64,000 nt of DNA from Vicugna vicugna (Eukaryota). The DNA lies in contig MU061578.1 in the NCBI GenBank assembly GCA_013265495.1, forward strand, positions 567,308 to 631,307, given 5' to 3'. The position numbers and the translations under genes were made by a program. This document shows, one piece after another, positions 37,266 to 50,971 of the stretch (within the stretch, counting starts at the first letter, position 1; each line of letters begins with the position of its first letter). The notes beneath the pieces were generated by a model. It did not search any database, was not told the DNA's origin, and was given only the letters and a program-made list of their open reading frames with translations.

Positions 37266-38427
37266 TATAAGTGGAAGGAGAGAGAAGGCATGTTCTCTCA
37301 CAACAGGATATTACCGGTGACTGTTTCTTGGTAGTAAGATTATAGAAGATTATTTTCTTATTTACATCTCTTATTGTTTCCTTTGTTTTTATTTGCATAT
37401 GTATTTTTTTAATAATCAAGGGGAATACTTCAATAAAAATATATTCATAGAAAAAATACGACTGAAGCATTATGCTGTGCATCAGAAATCCAACACAGTA
37501 TTGTAAACTGACTGTACTTCAATTAAAAAAAAGATAGAAAAAAATAATAATCCAGGGAGAACTACCATCACCGGCACCCAGGCTCAAGCCCCTTTCAGAA
37601 TCGACAGACCTTTACGGTGGAGACCTCCTACCCTCGACTCCACTCCCACAGGGTCATACGATTAGACCAGCATGCCAAGGGATGCACTTCGTGGGCGCGC
37701 TAAGCCCAGCCTCCTGGTTGTTGAAGGCCCCACTCTTGGCAAACATACAACTCTCCTCCTCTAATCAGCAGATGAAACATTTTCCTCTTTTGAATGCTGA
37801 TTTTCCAAGCTTCCAATTTCCTGGGGCCATGGCCTCCAGCTCTTACACGAAGTGTGCAGTCATGCTGTATGCTTGAGAAAAACCATGCTGTTGCTACGTA
37901 AGGTCAAGACTGTGCACCTGTTCTAATCGTCTGGAGCCCCCGGAGAAATAGCCCTGCCAAAAATTTCTCGACATCTCAGATTTCATGGGTTAGAATTGCT
38001 GGCGGTGCCTGGCCCAATATTTTAAAGTGTTTCTGTAGCTGAAGGGCCTTCCTTAGAAGGAGGCCATTTTTTTCTACTTGTGTCGGGAAAATGTAACACA
38101 ATACACTAGATTCTCACCCTATTAGATTTCCTGGTCACTAAAAAAGAGGAATTATACATCAACGTAGGTCAAACATAGGCCATTATAATGTAGCAAGTAA
38201 CAACAAATGTGAACACTGAGCTCTTACTGTGGGCCAGGTACTGTGTGAAGCGTTTTATATACAGTATTTCATTTAATCCTCACTAAACCACTTCATTATT
38301 ATCCATAATTCACTATAATTATCTATAATTAATAATCTGTAATAGGCTGAAGGAGAAGAAATGGGTCAGTGAGGTGCAGAGCCAAGTTTAGGTCTTAGAT
38401 CTGTCTTATTCCAAAGTCTCTGTTTTT

Positions 38428-39746
38428 TTAAATTATTTTATATTGATTTGTAATAGCACGTAAATTTTCTGTGTTCCTTATTATATTTTACCTTCTGTAT
38501 ACGCTACAGCACACTCACCACCAAGTTTAGTTTCCTTCAGTCAACATACTGTTGACCCCCTTTCACTCGTCTTGCCCTCCCCCTCTAAGCCCTTGTCCCC
38601 TCTGGCAGCCACTTCTTCGTCCTCTGTATCTATGTGTTTGTTTTCACGTGGTTTGGTTTGTCCATTCATTTTGTTCATTATTTGTTTTTATATTCCACGT
38701 ATAAGTGAAATCATATGGTATTTGTCTTTCTCCATCTGACTTATTTCACTTAGCAAATCATATACCTGATATAAGTTTTTTTATATGTATATAGAAGCAT
38801 AATCGGTCTACAGTGTTGTGTTAATTTCTGGTGTATAGCATTGTGTTTCAGTTATATATAAACCTTTTCGTATCATTTTTCATTATAGGTTCTTACAAGA
38901 TATTGAATATAGTTCCCTGTGCTATACACTTAGAACCTTGTTTATCTGTTTTATATAGTTTGTATCTGCAAATCCTGATTTTGTCCCTCCACCTTCGCCC
39001 TTCCACCCTGGTAACCATAGTTTGTTTTTTGTCTGTGAGTCTGTTTCTGTTTTGAAAATAAGTTCGTTTATATCAGTTTTTTAGGTTCCATGTGTAAGTG
39101 ATATCACGTGGTAATTTCTCTTTCTCTTTCTGGCTTGCTTTACTTAGTATGACCATCTCCAGGTCCATCTCTGTTGCTGCAATTGGCATTATTTTTTCTT
39201 TTTTATGGCTGAATAGTACTCTACTGTGTATATGTGTGTGCATATGTATGCGTGTGTGTGTATATATATAATCTCACAACTTCCTTGGTAAAAGGTTAAT
39301 ATCCAAAATAAAGAACTCATACAACTCAATAACAACAGCAACAAAAAAACCCATACAACCCAGTGTTTTAAAAATAGGCAGAGGAGCAAATAGACATTTT
39401 ACCAAAGAAGACACACAGACAGACAGCATAATGTGAAAAGATAACTAACATCACTAATCATCAGGGAAATGCAAATCAAAATCACAATGAGGTATCACCT
39501 AACACCTGTCAGAATGGCTGTTGTCAAAAGGACAAGAAATAGCAAGTGTTGGTGAGGATGTGGGGAGAAGGGAACTCCGGGACGCCGTTGGTGGGAATGT
39601 AAATTGGTGCACCCACTATGGAGAACAGTATGGAGACTCCTCAAAAAATTAGGTATAGGATTACTATATAATCCTTCTATTCCACTTCTGTGTATATATC
39701 CAATTACAAAATCATGAATACAAAAAGATATAGGCACCTCTGTGTT
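38428..39746. mobile_element. 5'-inverted older L1 containing a nested younger antisense L1 3' end (38776-39283)
   Basis: Antisense 3' UTR 38428-38755; sense ORF2 sequence GCAAATCATATACCTGATA...GGTTAATATCCAAAATA split by the inner insertion; degenerate TSDs at both levels. Confidence 0.75.
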
Positions 39747-41044
39747 CAAATTCTATGCTTTTCTTTTAACACTGCAACACCAGTATTATTTGCAGATACT
39801 ACCTCAAATTGATTTGGATTAGGTTTCTGTCAGAAGGCAATTTGGAGACTTTTGATACAAATTAATTTCTGTTATTCAGTAAGAAGAATTAGTACATTTC
39901 CCGCAGATGAATTCATGTTCTCTGACACTATTTAATTGCTACACCTGTGAGATGGTTTTCCTTCTGATGAAAGACTGTCCTTTGTGGACAGTGTGACCGG
40001 AATGGATGGGGGCTTCTTCAGCGAAAGCAGGTCTGAAATGTGTAACGTTGAAATTGGGTTTCAGGACATGGGTGAAAATGAGGGCTCAATTGTGAGTTGT
40101 GACTATCCTGAGAACTCGCCCTTGCCTGTCTGTATATTCTGGGAAGGTGGGGGCAGACACCTGCCCTCTCCCACATTTTTTATCATCTCTCTCCCTCTGC
40201 AGTAGCAGACAAATGGACCTTGGCTGTGTGTTAGACATTAGAAGGATTTTTTTCTCTTTGAATTTCAGCTTTTCACTCTTGTGTACAGGAAGGATAAATA
40301 ATGTCAGAACATAATAAAAATGCTTTCAGTCCCCTGAAGCTAGGCAAGCATTTTAATGTAGTGAGTGATGTTGCAAAACCTTCTTTATCAAGAAACACGA
40401 AGGAAAAGCTGTTCAAACACTGGCTGCATACACAGACCTGCTATGTCAGAGACACCTCCCCAGAGATGGTCAGGAAAGGGCTTGCTTGGAAGACGGTGCC
40501 CTCATCCTGTCCCAGAGCTGAGGATTCAAGATGAAGGAGCACAAGGCTTTTCAAGAGCTGGGTCTCCCTCCCTCTTCAGCCTCATCGCTTGCCACAAATT
40601 TTACCTCCCAGGCAGGCTGATGGGATTTCTGGTCCCCAAACACCTGCTGTTGCTTCCTGTTCCTGTGCCTTTGTCCGTGTGGTTCTCCTGGTCTGGAGTT
40701 CCTTTCTCCACCTCTTCGTATTTATTCTCGTGCTTCAAGACTCATTTCTCATGTTCTGTCTGGAGAAATCATTTTCTAAGCTCTCAGTCACCAAGTGGTA
40801 TCCCCTTTTTTTTCTGTACCCATAACCACCTTGTGTTTTCCTTTGACAAAAGCTTTATATCAATATGTATCATGTCAGTGTACCTTTATCTGTATCTGTA
40901 TCTAATCTTTACACTTCCCTCCCTCTCCTTAAGTGGGGACAGAGGCAATCATATAAATAAGAAAAAGTCTGGAGGTTTTACTTAAAATTATACCTTACAC
41001 TTACCCAAGAGAAGAATCACCCGAACCAAGAGGATGACCAAAAA

Positions 41045-41400
41045 ATTGAAGTTGATTGAGAGTAGAAGGGTGGTTGCCAGGAGCTGGTGGTTGGGGGAAA
41101 TGGGTACAACCTCTCAGTTATGAGATGAATAAGTCCTCGGGACCTAATGTACAGCATGGTGATCATAGTTAATAATAATATATTGTAGACTTGAAATTTG
41201 CCAAGAGAGTAGTCTCGAGAGTTCTTGCCCCCACCCCCCACAAACACACATGAAATGATAACTTTGTGAAATGACAGACAGGTTAGCTTGATTGTGGCAA
41301 TCATTTCACAATGTATACGGATATCACATCATCATGTTATATATCCTAACAGAAATACAATTTTTATTTGTCAGTTGTACCTCAAAAAGCTGGAAAACAT
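41045..41400 (+). mobile_element. L1MA-type 3' UTR
   Basis: GAGAGTAGAAGGGTGGTTGCCAGG...GACCTAATGTACAGCATGGTGATCATAGTTAATAATAATATATTGTAGACTTGAAATTTGCCAAGAGAGTAG. Confidence 0.8.
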
Positions 41401-43129
41401 TTTTTAAAAATTTTAATTGACATTGGTTCCAAACCAAACTGCTGAATTCTGAAACCTAGAGCGGCATTTCTGACATCAGAGGACCATGTTAGAGATCTAG
41501 CAGCCAGATGCTTTCACCTATCCTGGTGACAAGAGTAACATGCCCTGAACTCCCCCAGTTGTATAGGGAGCTGATCTTTCTATCCTTTAATGTTTAAATA
41601 AAACCATGTCCAGCTCCACCATCCAACATAAATTAGGAAAGTCAGTCTTCAACCTTCTCTGAATATATCAAGGGAGTCAGAGATGGAGTATTATACTTTT
41701 TTTAATTACTCTTGAAAGTTGCTCATCAAAGCCCCATATTTCCCATTAAATATGAAGTCTCACACCTGTAAATCATCCTACCATGGCTGTTTTCAGGAGG
41801 TGGAATGGTACAATGGAAAGAGAGTAAGTTTCGAGGTCAACATAGTGAATCCAAAGGCAGGCAGTTAGGCAAGGTGTTGGCCCACCAAACTGGAGCTAGA
41901 AATTGAGAAACAAAATGTAAAATGGAGATAATGATGGTATAATTGTATGTCCCCTATAATGTGGTTATAAAGATTAAATGAATCAATATATGTGAAATGT
42001 TTCGAAGAGTGTTTGGGCATAACAAGCACTTAATGCATATTATCTATTGTTACTGTTAGTGCCAAGTTGGGGTTGGGTATGGGAGAACTCAAGGTGCAAA
42101 AACCATTACTAGGAAACTGGGGTTAGTGGAGCTATATTTACTATTCTAGTATTTAAAGCTTAGCCCAAAGTGCTATTGATGAAATGACTCCTGTATAATG
42201 AGAATAATAAATACTCGAAAGATAATGAGCTCAGAACATTCCTTCAAAAAAAAAAGCCAATTGTTTACTCAATTATTGTAAATTGCTTGTGTAGTTCCTA
42301 CGGATTATGAATTAAGTCTGCTTTTTCAAGCATAGTGCTGCATTTGTATGGGTACTTGTATTCTGGGTTACTTTTTTTTCTATTGTTGAAGATAATGATA
42401 GGGATATAGTACTTTGTGAATTACAAGTGTCTTTCTGGACCAAGTGAAGAAAACGTGTGCAAAACCCTAGCTCAGGACTTGAAACACAATAGGAACTTGA
42501 TGCCTATCATTTCTTTTCATGTGCTTCATCTATGAATCTTCTGCACCTTGACTCCCCTTGCAGTACCACCTACTGAATCAGAAACTCTGGGAGACATCCA
42601 ACAATCTGTGCTTTCACAAGTCCTCCTGGTGACCCTGATGCACGCTCCAGTGAAAGCCTATATTCTGGGAAGGTGATACTGGAAATTATCGAGTACTGAG
42701 CCAGAGGAGAAAACACCACTAGAGACAACAGAAATTGTAGTGAGTTTTCACATTGGTAAGTCTAATCAATGATTACAGTCATCCACATCCTCAACTGGGT
42801 AGAACCAGAAGGGTAAAGGAAGGTACCAGCCATGAGATGTTATAACATGAACATGCTTAGGAAAACGATTCTGTTGTTATCTCAAATTATGAAACCAACA
42901 CTACTTGCTATTTTTTTAAAAAAAAGGAAAAATTTAATAGGAAATGAAATTGTCCAAATCCTGCCACCCATGCAAAATAATTTTGAGTGTTTTGTTCTGG
43001 ATTCTATCCCTTCATTCTTAATTCTGTGTGTGTATAGGTGTAGGTGTGTTTACTATACATGATGAGATCAAATTTTATATTATTTCATATTCTGATTTAC
43101 ATGCTTGCAGCTGGGTCATCAATCTCTAC

Positions 43130-45740
43130 ATCATTTTAAATCACCTTTGAGGTGGGATTTACATACATAAAATGCACCCATCTTAAGCATACATTTCATG
43201 AGTTTTGACAAATACGTACATGCATGTTACCACCACCACAATCAATATCCAGACATTTTCATAATGGCAAAAATTCTAATTGTGACTCTTGTCTATAATT
43301 CCCCCAGCCCCACCCTGGCTTATAGGCAACTGCTAATCTACTTTTTTTCAGTAGGGATTATGTTTGCCTTTTTTAGAGTTTCTTATAAACATATTCATTT
43401 AGTTTGTAGTCTTCTATATCAGCATAATGTCTTTATATTTCTTTGTCTGTAGAACATTCCACTTTTATAGCTGTATAATATTCCATTGAATGGATATACC
43501 ACTGTTTGTTTATCCATTCATCTGTTGATGGACCATTGCGTTGTTTCCAGTTTTAGGATATTATGAGTAAAGGTGCTGTGAATGTTCACATTGAAACAAT
43601 GAAATATGTTTTCATTTCTTTTGTGTGACTAAGTGTGAAATTATGTCATATTGTAAGTTTATCTTTAGTTTTATAAGTAACCTCAACAATATTTTCCAAG
43701 TGTTATACCATTTAATATTCCCTGGGACTTCCAGTTGCTCCATATCCTTGCTAACAATTGGTTGTGTGAGTTTTCTTTATTTCAGCAACTCTCATTGGTA
43801 TGTAATAGCATCTTATTGTGGTTTAATTTTTCATTTTCCTGATAACTAGTAAGAATAGTGACTATTTTTCATGTGCTTATTGGTTATTATTAGATCTTCT
43901 TTCATGAAGTGTCTGTTTAAAACTTTTGCCTATGTTTTATTGAGTTACTAATCTTATTGTTGACTAGTAAGGCATATTTATCTATCTATATTCATGTATA
44001 TCTGACAAAGATAAATATATTCAAATATTTTCAATATTTGTCAATATGACAAGTATGTATATTTAAATATATTTCACATTTATTCCCTTAGTTTGTAACT
44101 TGCCTTTGTATTCCCTTAGAAATATCTATTAAAGAGCAGAAGATTTTAATTTTGGTGAAGTACAATTTATCATTGTTTTTCATTTACAGTTCCTTCTTTT
44201 TGTGTCCTAAGAAATCTTGTCTACCCGAAGGCCATAAAAAATAATCCTATCTTTCTTTTAGAAAGTTTATAATGCTAGCTTTAGGTTCAGAGTATGATCC
44301 ACTTTTAGTTAATTTTTATACGGTGTGGAGTTGATCTCTTTTCGTATGACTGTCCAGTTGTTCCAGTAACATTTATTGGAACTGTTAGCCTTCCCCACAC
44401 TGAATTACCTCAGCACACTTGTTCAAAATCAGTTGATATGCACTATATTTATGGATGCTCTATTTGGTTCTCTTAACCTATATACTCATCCTTATGCCAA
44501 TTTCCATTCTATTTTTATTTCTATTCAATGCCTTGATTATTGTAGCTTAATAGTAACTCTGAGTAGTGTTAAGTCCTCCAGCTCTGTTCTTCATTTTCTA
44601 AATTATGTAAGTTATTCTAGTTTTTTTGAATTTCCACTTAAATTTTATAATCAACTTGTCAATTTCTGTGAAACCATCCCACCAGGGCTGGGGTTATGAT
44701 ATTGTTGAACCTATAGATTCAAATCCCTTTAAATGTGCTGAGACTTGTTTTATGGCCCAGTATTTCTGGGGCAAGTATTGGAAAACCTTAACCTAACTCA
44801 GCTTTATTCTTAAGTTATGACCTTTCTGGGTATTCACTGAATTCCCCAGATAATCACCAAGGACTATCTTTTTTTTTTCTGATGAAAGCTTGAACATATA
44901 TGTTCACTACATGATCTCTGGTAATTCTGCTCACAATTCCCTTGTTCTTTGCCCAGCCTTTGTGATTTCCCTCTGTGCATACATGGCCTTATACTCAGCA
45001 AAAACTCAAAGGGCCCCTATGTAGATTTGAAGCCTTCCTTTTCAGCATAACTCCCTTCTTCCTTTTTTTCTTTTTTAAGAAGATGAAAAGATTTTACTAC
45101 ATAATTCCAGCAACTTAATTTGGAAAAAAAAAAAGATCAGTTTTAGAATAGACTTCTACTTCTTATATCTAAATACATTTATTTTTTTATCATTTTTATA
45201 AAAATCACATTTAAGTAATACAATGTGATGTTTTGATATACATCTACATCATGAAATGATTATTATCACTATTAACAGTCAAACTCATTAACATACCCAT
45301 AACCTCACATCATTTCCTTTTTGTGTGTGGTGGTGGTGGTGGTAGTGGTGGTGGTGTGGTATCTATCCTCTTAGCAGATTTCATGTGTCCAATATAATGT
45401 TAGTAACTAAAGTCACCGTGTGTACCTTAGATCTCTAGAACTTACTCATTCTACACAGATGTGAATCTTGGTACCCTTTGACCAACAGCCTAACTCCCTT
45501 CTTTGCAAAACTGTTTCTCACAGTCTCCAGGCTCATCAGCCTCTACAAATATTTGTTATCTCCGTCTCCTCAAATCATTGAGGCCACTAGAGTCTTTCTG
45601 GATTCCTTCTCCCACATGGATATACCATAATCTAGATATTCCTTCTTTGGAGAATGGAGAAAGCTAGGGCTCAACTCATATCTTACCCTTGGGTAGGATC
45701 CCAGACCTGTATAATCTGTTGTTTGCCACCCGAATATAGT
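43130..45740 (-). mobile_element. Old L1M (3' UTR/ORF2 and upstream pieces) with a nested L1MA-type 3' end (~45170-45490)
   Basis: TGTTTATCCATTCATCTGTTGATGGAC...TTCATGTGCTTATTGG...CCAGTTGTTCCAGTAACATTTATTG...CCTTGATTATTGTAGCTT antisense L1 hallmarks. Confidence 0.75.
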
Positions 45741-47107
45741 TGTGATACAGATATAGGTATACAGTGATGTATACGTATCTTTTTTGTGGTTGTCATGTAT
45801 TTAGTATATGTGTATGTGTGTGTGCCCTCATGGTCAAAAGTAGAAGATAGAGTTCATTTTTATCATGTAAAAAGATGTCTAGGATTGGGTAGTCCAAAAC
45901 TGAGATAACGTATCTTCAGTGTCATCAGGAGAAAGGTTACTTTATATTCTTTTTATGCATCCTTAGAACATGGCTACTGTCCTCGTGGTCACAGTATGGT
46001 TGCTCCAGCTCCAGGCACTGCAGCAACATTCCAGAAGTAAAGTCAGGGATATGGTTCATTAATTTTTTTAAAAGTATTAATCAAAGCTTTTAAGAGTTAT
46101 AAATTGGAAATATTGAATATGATTTTACTTTATTTTTATACATTTAGGCAGTTTCTAATGTTTAGATAAAATGAACATCTGAGAAATTTGACTTCTGAAA
46201 ATATCTTTTTACAAATAGAATTCCTACTACATTCCTCCTCCAAATAAATGATGTTTCCATTGAAAGGATAAAGCATCCCACCAATCTCATCAAGAAATTT
46301 AAATTGTAACTTCTGCAAGGAGACTGTAATATAATTTAAAAAATGTATTATCTTAATGCAGGAAGGTGTTCCCTAGGGTTTTGTTTAAAAAGAGAAGCCA
46401 AGGGGTTTTATTTCTCTCCTTCGCATCTCTTTCTGCAATTTTTCTCTTTTTCCTCTCACAGTCTTCCTTTTTCCTCTCCTTCCCTCTCACCGATCCCTTT
46501 TTCTTTAATATTGTAACAGTTGTACATGCCATTTTTAGCAGGTAATATTTTTAAAACAATAGATATTAACATCATTTTAAAATTTTTAAATGTTGTTTAC
46601 AATTTGATTTTGGCTTTGAGTTCCATGAAAATATTAAGGCCCATAAACATGTGAAGCCTGAAATATATTTTAAAATTTCCATTCTAAATTGCAGTCTAAA
46701 ATTTACATTCTAAAACGTATATTCTAAACATTTTGGTAAATGCTTATATTTCATATAAAAACAAATTCCTAAGAATACAGCTATTATGACTGCTATGTGG
46801 TTTTAATTTGGTATTGATCTATGTCATGTCAAAACTCAAAATAGATAACATTACTGATATACCACTTTAGGAGAAAGGCATGTGTGTGGACACAGTTCCT
46901 ATGTGGTCTTTAAAGGCACGTATGGAAAATTTCCCCTAGGGGTTTAATGATTTTATAAATGGGTTTTTTGAAGTGTGGCTCTCCTAAATGGAAATTTAAC
47001 CATTATTCTCATACCAAAAGGAAAATGTAAAGTGCTTTTTTTTTCTTTATGATAGCATTAAATGACCCATAACAAAGGAGAAAAATCCAGGAGATAGAAA
47101 TTAGTGG

Positions 47108-47278
47108 AAGGGTGACCAACCAACCCTGTGTGCCTAGGACTGTGCCAGGTTTAGTACTTTTAGTCCCACATTCAGGGATACCCTTTAGTCCTGGCCAAAT
47201 TGGGCAAATTTATCATGGAATACCCAAGTCTCAGGAAACCCCTGGGTCTCAGGCAAGCCAAGACAGATGGTCACTCTA
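47108..47278 (+). mobile_element. MER81-like MITE with internal duplication
   Basis: AGGGTGACCAACC...GGTCACTCTA TIRs; the CAGG(G)A..CCC...GTC...GGC.AA block occurs twice. Confidence 0.6.
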
Positions 47279-47944
47279 ATTAGAAAAAAAGAGGGCCCCA
47301 AATTAAAGGGACGTCTATAAGCCCTGGGTTGGCTCACTGTAGGTTACACCTTGTACACAGTGTTTTATGGCTTTGATCTCACTTTAGTCATCATACCTGC
47401 CTCATGATGTGGACATGATGATCCTGCCTTCTGGGTGCGTATTCATCCTCTGCACCGCAGTGAAGGCTCAGAGAGGAGGCTACTAAACCAATCAGGGTGG
47501 ATCACGAAGCATCCCCAGGAGTTTGTCTTTTGCTTTTAGGAGAAGGGAGCTCTCTTGTTTGGGGCCCCTAAGGCCCGATCATGTAAGCCTGGGGCTCTGT
47601 GCATCTGACTTCAACTCTTGCTAGAAGCCCTCTTAATACACAAAAGAGAAAAGTCAAGAGAGAGAGACATGCTGAACTGGGACGAGGGAAAGCACTGGAG
47701 TATGGAGAGAAGGGGATGAAATTAAAACCCCAGACTCATGGAGTTAGCAGCACCCTTGGAGTTCCAGCCAGTCTCCCCAAGTGCTGTTATTGCTTCTAGC
47801 TAAATTGAGGGGTTTTTTTTCCCTTCTTAGAGATAATTCCTCACCAATCCACTGTCTTTTTAGGGGGAGGTGCAGGATTTGCATCCCCAGTCTCTCATTT
47901 CTCATAAGTAAAACCTAGCGGTTGGGAACTGGGATATCACAAGC

Positions 47945-48750
47945 TGTGATCTTGGGATTTGCAATAGGAAATCTATGTTTGGTTTCTGTCCGGATTCTGG
48001 TGATTCTGGCACAGAGCCCCTAAAACCCTTGGAATGTCCCAAGTGATAAGATTTCATAATAAACCCCACCTGAAAAAACACACCTGAGTTTATGTTAATG
48101 AGGTGATACTTAGACAGTATCTAAGGATCTAAGGATGGGTGTTGGTTGAGAGGGGAGCCAATCATGTGATTAGAGGGTTATAACTTTTGGTCTCACCCTC
48201 TGACCTCCGTCCAGGAAGGCGAGAGGGGCTAGAGGTTGATCCATTGCCAGTGGCCAATGATTCAATCAATCGTGCCTATGTATTGAAGCCTCGGTAAAAA
48301 AAATGAAAAGGTCGGAGTTCAGAGGGCTTGCAGGTTGGTGAACACGTGGAGATCTGGAGAGAATGGTGCATCCTCTCTTCATGCTTTGAACAATGCATCT
48401 CTTCCATCTGGCTGTTCCTGAGTTCTATCCTTTTGTGATAAACCAGTAATCCAGTAAGTAAAATGTTTCTCTGAGTTCTGTGAGCTGCTCTAGTAAATTA
48501 ATCAAACCCAAGTTGGGGAGAATTGGAACCTCCCATCCATAGCCAGTGGGTCAGACGTGCATGTGACAACTGGACTTGCAGTTGGCATCTAAGGTGGGGG
48601 GGTTCTTGGAGGACTGAGTCATTAACCTGTGGAATCAGATGTTACCTCTGGGCAGAGTCAGAATTGTTTAGTTGTAGGACCCCCGGCTGGTGTTGGAGAA
48701 TGGCTTGGCACTATGGGGGACAAAACCCACACGTTGCAGCTGGGTGCACA
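47945..48750 (+). mobile_element. MER21-like ERVL LTR
   Basis: CTGGCACAGAGCCCCTAAAACCCTTGGAAT, ACACCTGAGTTTATGTTAATGAGGTGA, CAATCATGTGATTAGAGGGTT, TTTCTCTGAGTTCTGTGAGC. Confidence 0.75.
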
Positions 48751-49239
48751 GTCATTACGAGGACACACCCTCAACATGTCAATTCTGCTTAGTCTATGAA
48801 AATAATAGTCAGAATGCCTCGGGGGCCAACATTAAGGGAGGCTGCTGTTCCGGCATTCATAACTTCACCCCGGCCCTCCTTCCAGCTCGAGCCAAGAGGG
48901 AGAGGTGTTCTCGCCATCTTTCTTTCTGTCTGAGTGGAGTTTTGGCAGAAGTGCCTCCAATTTGTTTGTTTTTGAGATTTGCTGTCTTGCCTGAGTAAGC
49001 ATTAAACAGAAGGAAACCTCTCTCTCAAGGTGAAAAATTACTTTTAAATTTTCCACTTAGGAAACCTCGTCTTGGCGCCTTCGTTGGAGAGTAACATGAA
49101 GGCTAACCTCAGGGGCCCTGCAGGAAGCCAAGACAGAAACAGGTTGGGGTTGTCTGCAGACAGACATCTCCCTCGTGTTTCCACCCCCTCTCCAACGTAC
49201 CCTGTTTTTGCCTTTTTTTTTTCCTTGAAGGTCTAAATG

Positions 49240-50075
49240 CCTTTGAAAGCCTTTGGATAAACAGATATCCACTGCAATGCCAATTTGCACGGCTCTTTCC
49301 TATTGATTTAGCTTGTAATTTATTTCTTTATTTCTGACACATTTCACTTACGTTCTCAGGTAAGGGCAAAGTGCTGAAGCTAGAAAACTGTAATTAAATA
49401 ATCGGGCGGCTGGCAGGCCGAGAGAGGCTGTTGGAAGCTTGCTATTTGTGGGTCATTCGTAAGAAGGCAGAGATGGGAGTGGCAAGGGATGGGAAAGCCA
49501 TATGCTTGTAGGCGTGGGCAGGCTTTATTCTTGTAAATAATTATCAAAGCAGGTTTTCATGTTGAATTATGGCAGTTCCTTCAAAGTGCCATGAAATGGT
49601 ATATTATTACCCCTTGCATGCCCGATTCCGTCGGCTGGGAGCTGGGGAGGGAAAAGGCCCACTGTGTTATCCATAGCACAGTCTTTAATGAGATGATGGG
49701 ACGTGCAAACTGCATACTGTGCAATATTTTCCTCCTCGAGTCAATCTATATTAAGTCGATAGCCTGCTGAAACCCAAGGTTTGGTGCATTTTTCCAATTT
49801 AGTTGCTGTCGATGTCTCTGAAAGTGCTGATTCCATCAAACCACCCCTCTCCCACACAGATTTCAATAACATGGGAAAGAGAAATTCCATTAGCTGGTGA
49901 TGGCGCTTTAAACAAACAGCATGGCTTCCCGCGTCATCCACTTTACCTCCGATCAGCTTGTCTTCTCCTCAGGAATTAGAACAATGTGTGAAGCCGCCTT
50001 CCCCAGGAATGCTGTGAGAGGGCATTTGTTTACTCATCAAACAGTGGGTGGAATAATTGATTGTGGTGGCTATTT
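49240..50075. promoter_or_regulatory. Candidate conserved non-coding block
   Basis: ~800 bp with no recognisable repeat, retained CpGs, TAATTA, GTAAATA/TGTTTAC (forkhead-like) and ATCAAAG (TCF/LEF-like) motifs. Confidence 0.35.
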
Positions 50076-50114
50076 ATGAAGCACAGGAACCATGCTATTA
50101 AAAAAAGAAAACCA

Positions 50115-50300
50115 GGGAGGTGGGTATAGCTCAGTGGTGGAGTGTGTGCTTAGCATGCACAAAGTCCGGGGTTCAATCCCCAGCACCTCCATTAAAAATT
50201 TCTTTAAATAAATAAATAAACCTAAATACCTATTACCCACCGCCCCCCCTCCCCCCAAAAAACCCAAGTAAGATTCAAAAAACAAAAAACAAAAAACAAA
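50115..50300 (+). mobile_element. tRNA-derived SINE (camelid Vic-1-like)
   Basis: GGGTATAGCTCAGTGGTGGAGTGTGTGCTTAGCATGCACAAAGTCCGGGGTTCAATCCCCAGCACCTCC plus (TAAA)n, C-run and A-rich tail. Confidence 0.9.
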
Positions 50301-50338
50301 ATACTGCAGACGAATGGATTGCTTCAGATAATCCAAGT

Positions 50339-50525
50339 CAGGGGTGGGCAAACTTTCCCTGCAAAAGGCCTGATAGTAAATATTTCATGTTTTGCGGGGC
50401 TGCAGCATATCTGTTCTGTCCTCTTTGTTGCTTTTGCTGTTTTACAATCCTTTAAACATGAGGGAGAAAAGCATTCTTAGCTCAAGGGCTATACCAAAAA
50501 GGGCTGTAGTTTGTTTGTCCCGCTC
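50339..50525. mobile_element. MER58-like hAT element
   Basis: CAGGGGTGGGCAAACTTTCCCTGCAAAAGGCCTGATAGTAAATATTT...GGGCTGTAGTTTG. Confidence 0.7.
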
Positions 50526-50971
50526 CGAACAACGTCTGGTTTGAACTTGAGCCTCATGATGAATTTTCAGGGTGGTGTACAAAGCATTTGCGTGTCGTTG
50601 AGGAGTCTCAGGGTTTAGAGATGGTCAGCTCTGGGTTTCATCTTCGCTGTAACCGCTCCTAGTTGGGTCATCTTAGACTGGTCCTTGACTTCTCTAAGCT
50701 GCATTCTTCTCATCTGAAAAAAGTGAATAGCGCCTGCCTTAGCTGACAGTTAGTTCTGAGGGCCATAACCCTGTTTTTTATTTTCGGTTCAAAACTGTGA
50801 TCCTAATGCTTACAGGAGTGGCTAGCTCCTAGTAAACCTGTGGTAAATGCTCTATGAACGACGGGTTAATACTAATGAAACATTTAAGTGAGAACCTTAA
50901 CACACACACACGCACTACTTACGAGTTTGGGAAATACGGCCAATGAGAGCAGTGAAAGGAGCAGCGGCGTT

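Noticed and set aside
40365..40985. Longest ORF in the track (206 aa)
   Set aside because: Low-complexity Leu/Ser/Phe-rich translation of pyrimidine-rich, partly L2-like sequence; no domain or splice support.
46136..46318. 60-aa minus-strand ORF after an acceptor-like site
   Set aside because: AT-rich, no recognisable homology and no convincing donor; may be an old transposon remnant but cannot be supported.
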